Position numbers and translations under genes: made by a program
Notes under the pieces: model-generated
Database searches by the model: none
What the model saw: the letters and a program-made list of their open reading frames with translations, nothing else
Told to the model about the DNA's origin: nothing
Shown here: one piece after another, positions 37,397 to 39,283 of the stretch
Layout: each line of letters opens with the position of its first letter
Position numbering within the stretch: the stretch's first letter is position 1
NCBI GenBank assembly: GCA_038062935.1
Contig: JBBTWG010000023.1
Span: 1 to 39,283 of the forward strand
DNA from: Patescibacteria group bacterium
Lineage (GTDB): Bacteria > Patescibacteriota > Gracilibacteria > UBA1369 > UBA12463
Direction: 5' to 3'
Length of the DNA: 39,283 nucleotides

Positions 37397-37555
37397 TCAT
37401 TTCCCTTGCGGGGGCGCGCTTTGGATCGCCGGAAATTTCCCCCTGCGAGGGAAATTTCCTAAGTGCTCGCGACTCGCTCTCGGTCTTTTCAGACCGAACC
37501 ATGCCCGCTCGTACTCGCAGTTGCGCTCCAAAGCGCGCCCCCGCAAGGGAAATGA
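37397..37555. repeat. Long-stem structured element, family A copy 2
   Basis: Perfect 29-bp inverted repeat (37397-37425/37527-37555) enclosing a core homologous to 16022-16125. Confidence 0.85.
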
Positions 37556-37599
37556 ACACAAATTTGCATTTCTAATTCGTCATGTCCTATACTTCAAAC

Positions 37600-38142
37600 A
37601 TGCACTTTCCTCAAAAATTTCCCATCCTCAAGGTTGGCAAATATTTGCTTCGGGAAGCGAAAAAGTCTGATGCGAAGTTTTATTTTCAATGCTTGACGGA
37701 TCCGGAGACGATTCGATTTACGAGCTATGGCGTCAAAGATATTCTTGGGGTTGAGCAGTGGTTTCAGGACTATAAAAAACAGTTTCGTGAATCGAAGAGA
37801 ATTAGCTGGGTGATTGAAGAAATTGAGACGGGTGATTTTCTCGGTGAGATGAGTCTTTTCGATGTTTCAGTGGAACACAATAAAGGCGAGATTGGATTTT
37901 TTCTGGGAAAAAAATATTGGAATCGTGGAATTATGTCTGAGGTTTCAAAAGCAGTTTTGGATTATGCTTTCGGCACTCTGCAGATGCACCGACTGCAGTC
38001 AATTGCGATGGGCAAGAATATGGGATCGCGTCGGCTTTTGGAAAAAAATAAATTCCGCGAGGAGGGGATTTTGAGACAATATAAATTGTGTCGCGGGAAG
38101 TATTGCGATTTTATTTTGTACTCGAGGATTGCTGCGAAGTGA
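37600..38142 (+). CDS. GNAT N-acetyltransferase, RimJ/RimL type
   Basis: GEIGFFL..YWNRGIMSE..N.GSRRLLEK..FREEG.LR. TATACT lies 6 bp before ATG 37600, so the mRNA may be leaderless. Confidence 0.9.
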   Translation: MHFPQKFPILKVGKYLLREAKKSDAKFYFQCLTDPETIRFTSYGVKDILGVEQWFQDYKKQFRESKRISWVIEEIETGDFLGEMSLFDVSVEHNKGEIGFFLGKKYWNRGIMSEVSKAVLDYAFGTLQMHRLQSIAMGKNMGSRRLLEKNKFREEGILRQYKLCRGKYCDFILYSRIAAK

Positions 38143-38153
38143 AATTACTTCTT

Positions 38154-38369
38154 TCATTCCGAGAGGCTTCTTCCCAAGAGCTTTTCTGCTGATTCGCGCG
38201 TCAATCTTCCTCTACTGTCCATCTCTTCATCGTGAGGACGTAGGTATTGATCGCTCTCTGGTTGCAATTTCCCCATCTTAAAATCTTCATTCCACCCCTT
38301 TCCTTTCGCTCTTTTTCCCCCTTCGGGATTTTGCCCCTCTGTCTCTCTTCTCAAAGCATTGGCTGCCAT
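38154..38369 (-). CDS. Small hypothetical protein
   Basis: Charged 71-aa ORF from ATG 38369; no recognised motif. Confidence 0.5.
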   Translation of the reverse strand: MAANALRRETEGQNPEGGKRAKGKGWNEDFKMGKLQPESDQYLRPHDEEMDSRGRLTRESAEKLLGRSLSE

Positions 38370-38644
38370 ATATTTTGAATTTAGAAAAATAGAAGAGTAT
38401 TCTAGCACTTTTTCTTTTCTTTGCAAGTTTTTGCGAAAATAGCTTTGAAAAACCCCCGGTTTGTGGCCGGGGGTTGCGAGTGCAGTGTGATTGTCCGTCC
38501 CGCGGGGCGGGACAACGTATCTTTCTGCGGATTTTCGAAGGCCTGGATCTCCGGCTTGCGTCGGGATTTTTGGACACTTTCAAAAAGCCTGTTTTCTTGG
38601 GATTTTTTTGGAAGAAGGGGAGAATGCCGAGTGGCTCTTTTGAG

Positions 38645-39283
38645 CTACTGGCACTTTTTGAGGGCGACGGTTCCGGAGGTGTAGAGCATGTTGCAGGTGG
38701 TGCCGCCGCTCCAGAGTTTGAGCTGGAGAGTGGCGGTGCTGGCGGGTGGTGTGAATGTGAATGAGAAGGAAGACTGGCCTCCGTAGTGCATATCACATCC
38801 TGATCCTGGCGCGTTTTTCAGAACTTTTCCGTTGGTGTCGACGAGACTCCATTGAATCGGATTGGTACTGAAGGTGCTGCTGTCGTTTTTGGTGACGACG
38901 GCCGTGCAGGAATTTGCCGAACAGTTTTGAACTTGGAGACAGATGACACTTCCGCAGGACGATCCTGTGCTGGGTGCATAGCTTTTCGTAAAGATGCAGG
39001 TTCCTGGTGTCCACTGGCACGAATTTGAACAGGTATTTGTTGTCATCCCTGGTCCGCATTCGTCAAAGTAGTTGCAGAAACCCCCACTGGTCGTTCCGGG
39101 GGAGCAGACACCTTCGTTTCCGCAAACGACATTGTCTTGTCCACTGCATTTCCAGGTTCCACATTTGTTGCCGCAGGTGGTTCCCGGAGTTGCTGAGAGA
39201 TTTGATGTTCCGCCGCAGGCGTTTTTGGTTGGTGGAGGTGGTGGAGGAGGAGGTGGTGGTGGACTACCGCACGCGTTCGTTGT
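38645..39283 (-). CDS. C-terminal part of a Cys-rich, poly-Pro-containing extracellular protein; starts beyond the right edge
   Basis: Frame is open to the window edge: TTNACGS(P)11TKNACGGTSNLSATPGTTCGNKCGTWKCSGQDNVVCENEGVCSPG... Confidence 0.85.
   Translation of the reverse strand, partial: TTNACGSPPPPPPPPPPPTKNACGGTSNLSATPGTTCGNKCGTWKCSGQDNVVCGNEGVCSPGTTSGGFCNYFDECGPGMTTNTCSNSCQWTPGTCIFTKSYAPSTGSSCGSVICLQVQNCSANSCTAVVTKNDSSTFSTNPIQWSLVDTNGKVLKNAPGSGCDMHYGGQSSFSFTFTPPASTATLQLKLWSGGTTCNMLYTSGTVALKKCQ

Overview
This is bacterial chromosomal DNA in standard code 11: several conserved genes end at TGA at normal length. By inference it is Patescibacteria/CPR, probably Peregrinibacteria-like, given the SLH S-layer gene, pyrimidine-rich leaders lacking a Shine-Dalgarno site, PilB/DprA and an L,D-transpeptidase. 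The backbone has three tRNAs (Glu, Lys, Cys), dnaJ, higBA, ppdK, NAD kinase, recA-recX-nusA, a pilB/gspE ATPase, dprA, purM-like and ftsE-like genes, a xer recombinase, a dGTPase-like gene, nrdR and pcrA/uvrD. The main discovery is a complete diversity-generating retroelement (DGR) at about 19.3-21.9 kb. Its 99-bp template and variable repeats (TR/VR) differ at 15 positions, all TR adenines. The reverse transcriptase (RT) gene is currently out of frame at a (GA)15 microsatellite, and losing one repeat unit would restore it, suggesting a phase-variable ON/OFF switch. The avd gene is inverted, overlapping the RT start and lying antisense to the TR 3' spacer. Other unexplained structure includes a 14-unit, 11-bp-phased TGAGAAC/GTTCTCA array in front of a winged-helix gene, two families of long-stem intergenic elements with covarying conserved cores, dispersed heptamer repeats that supply stop codons, and an unannotated Fic antitoxin.
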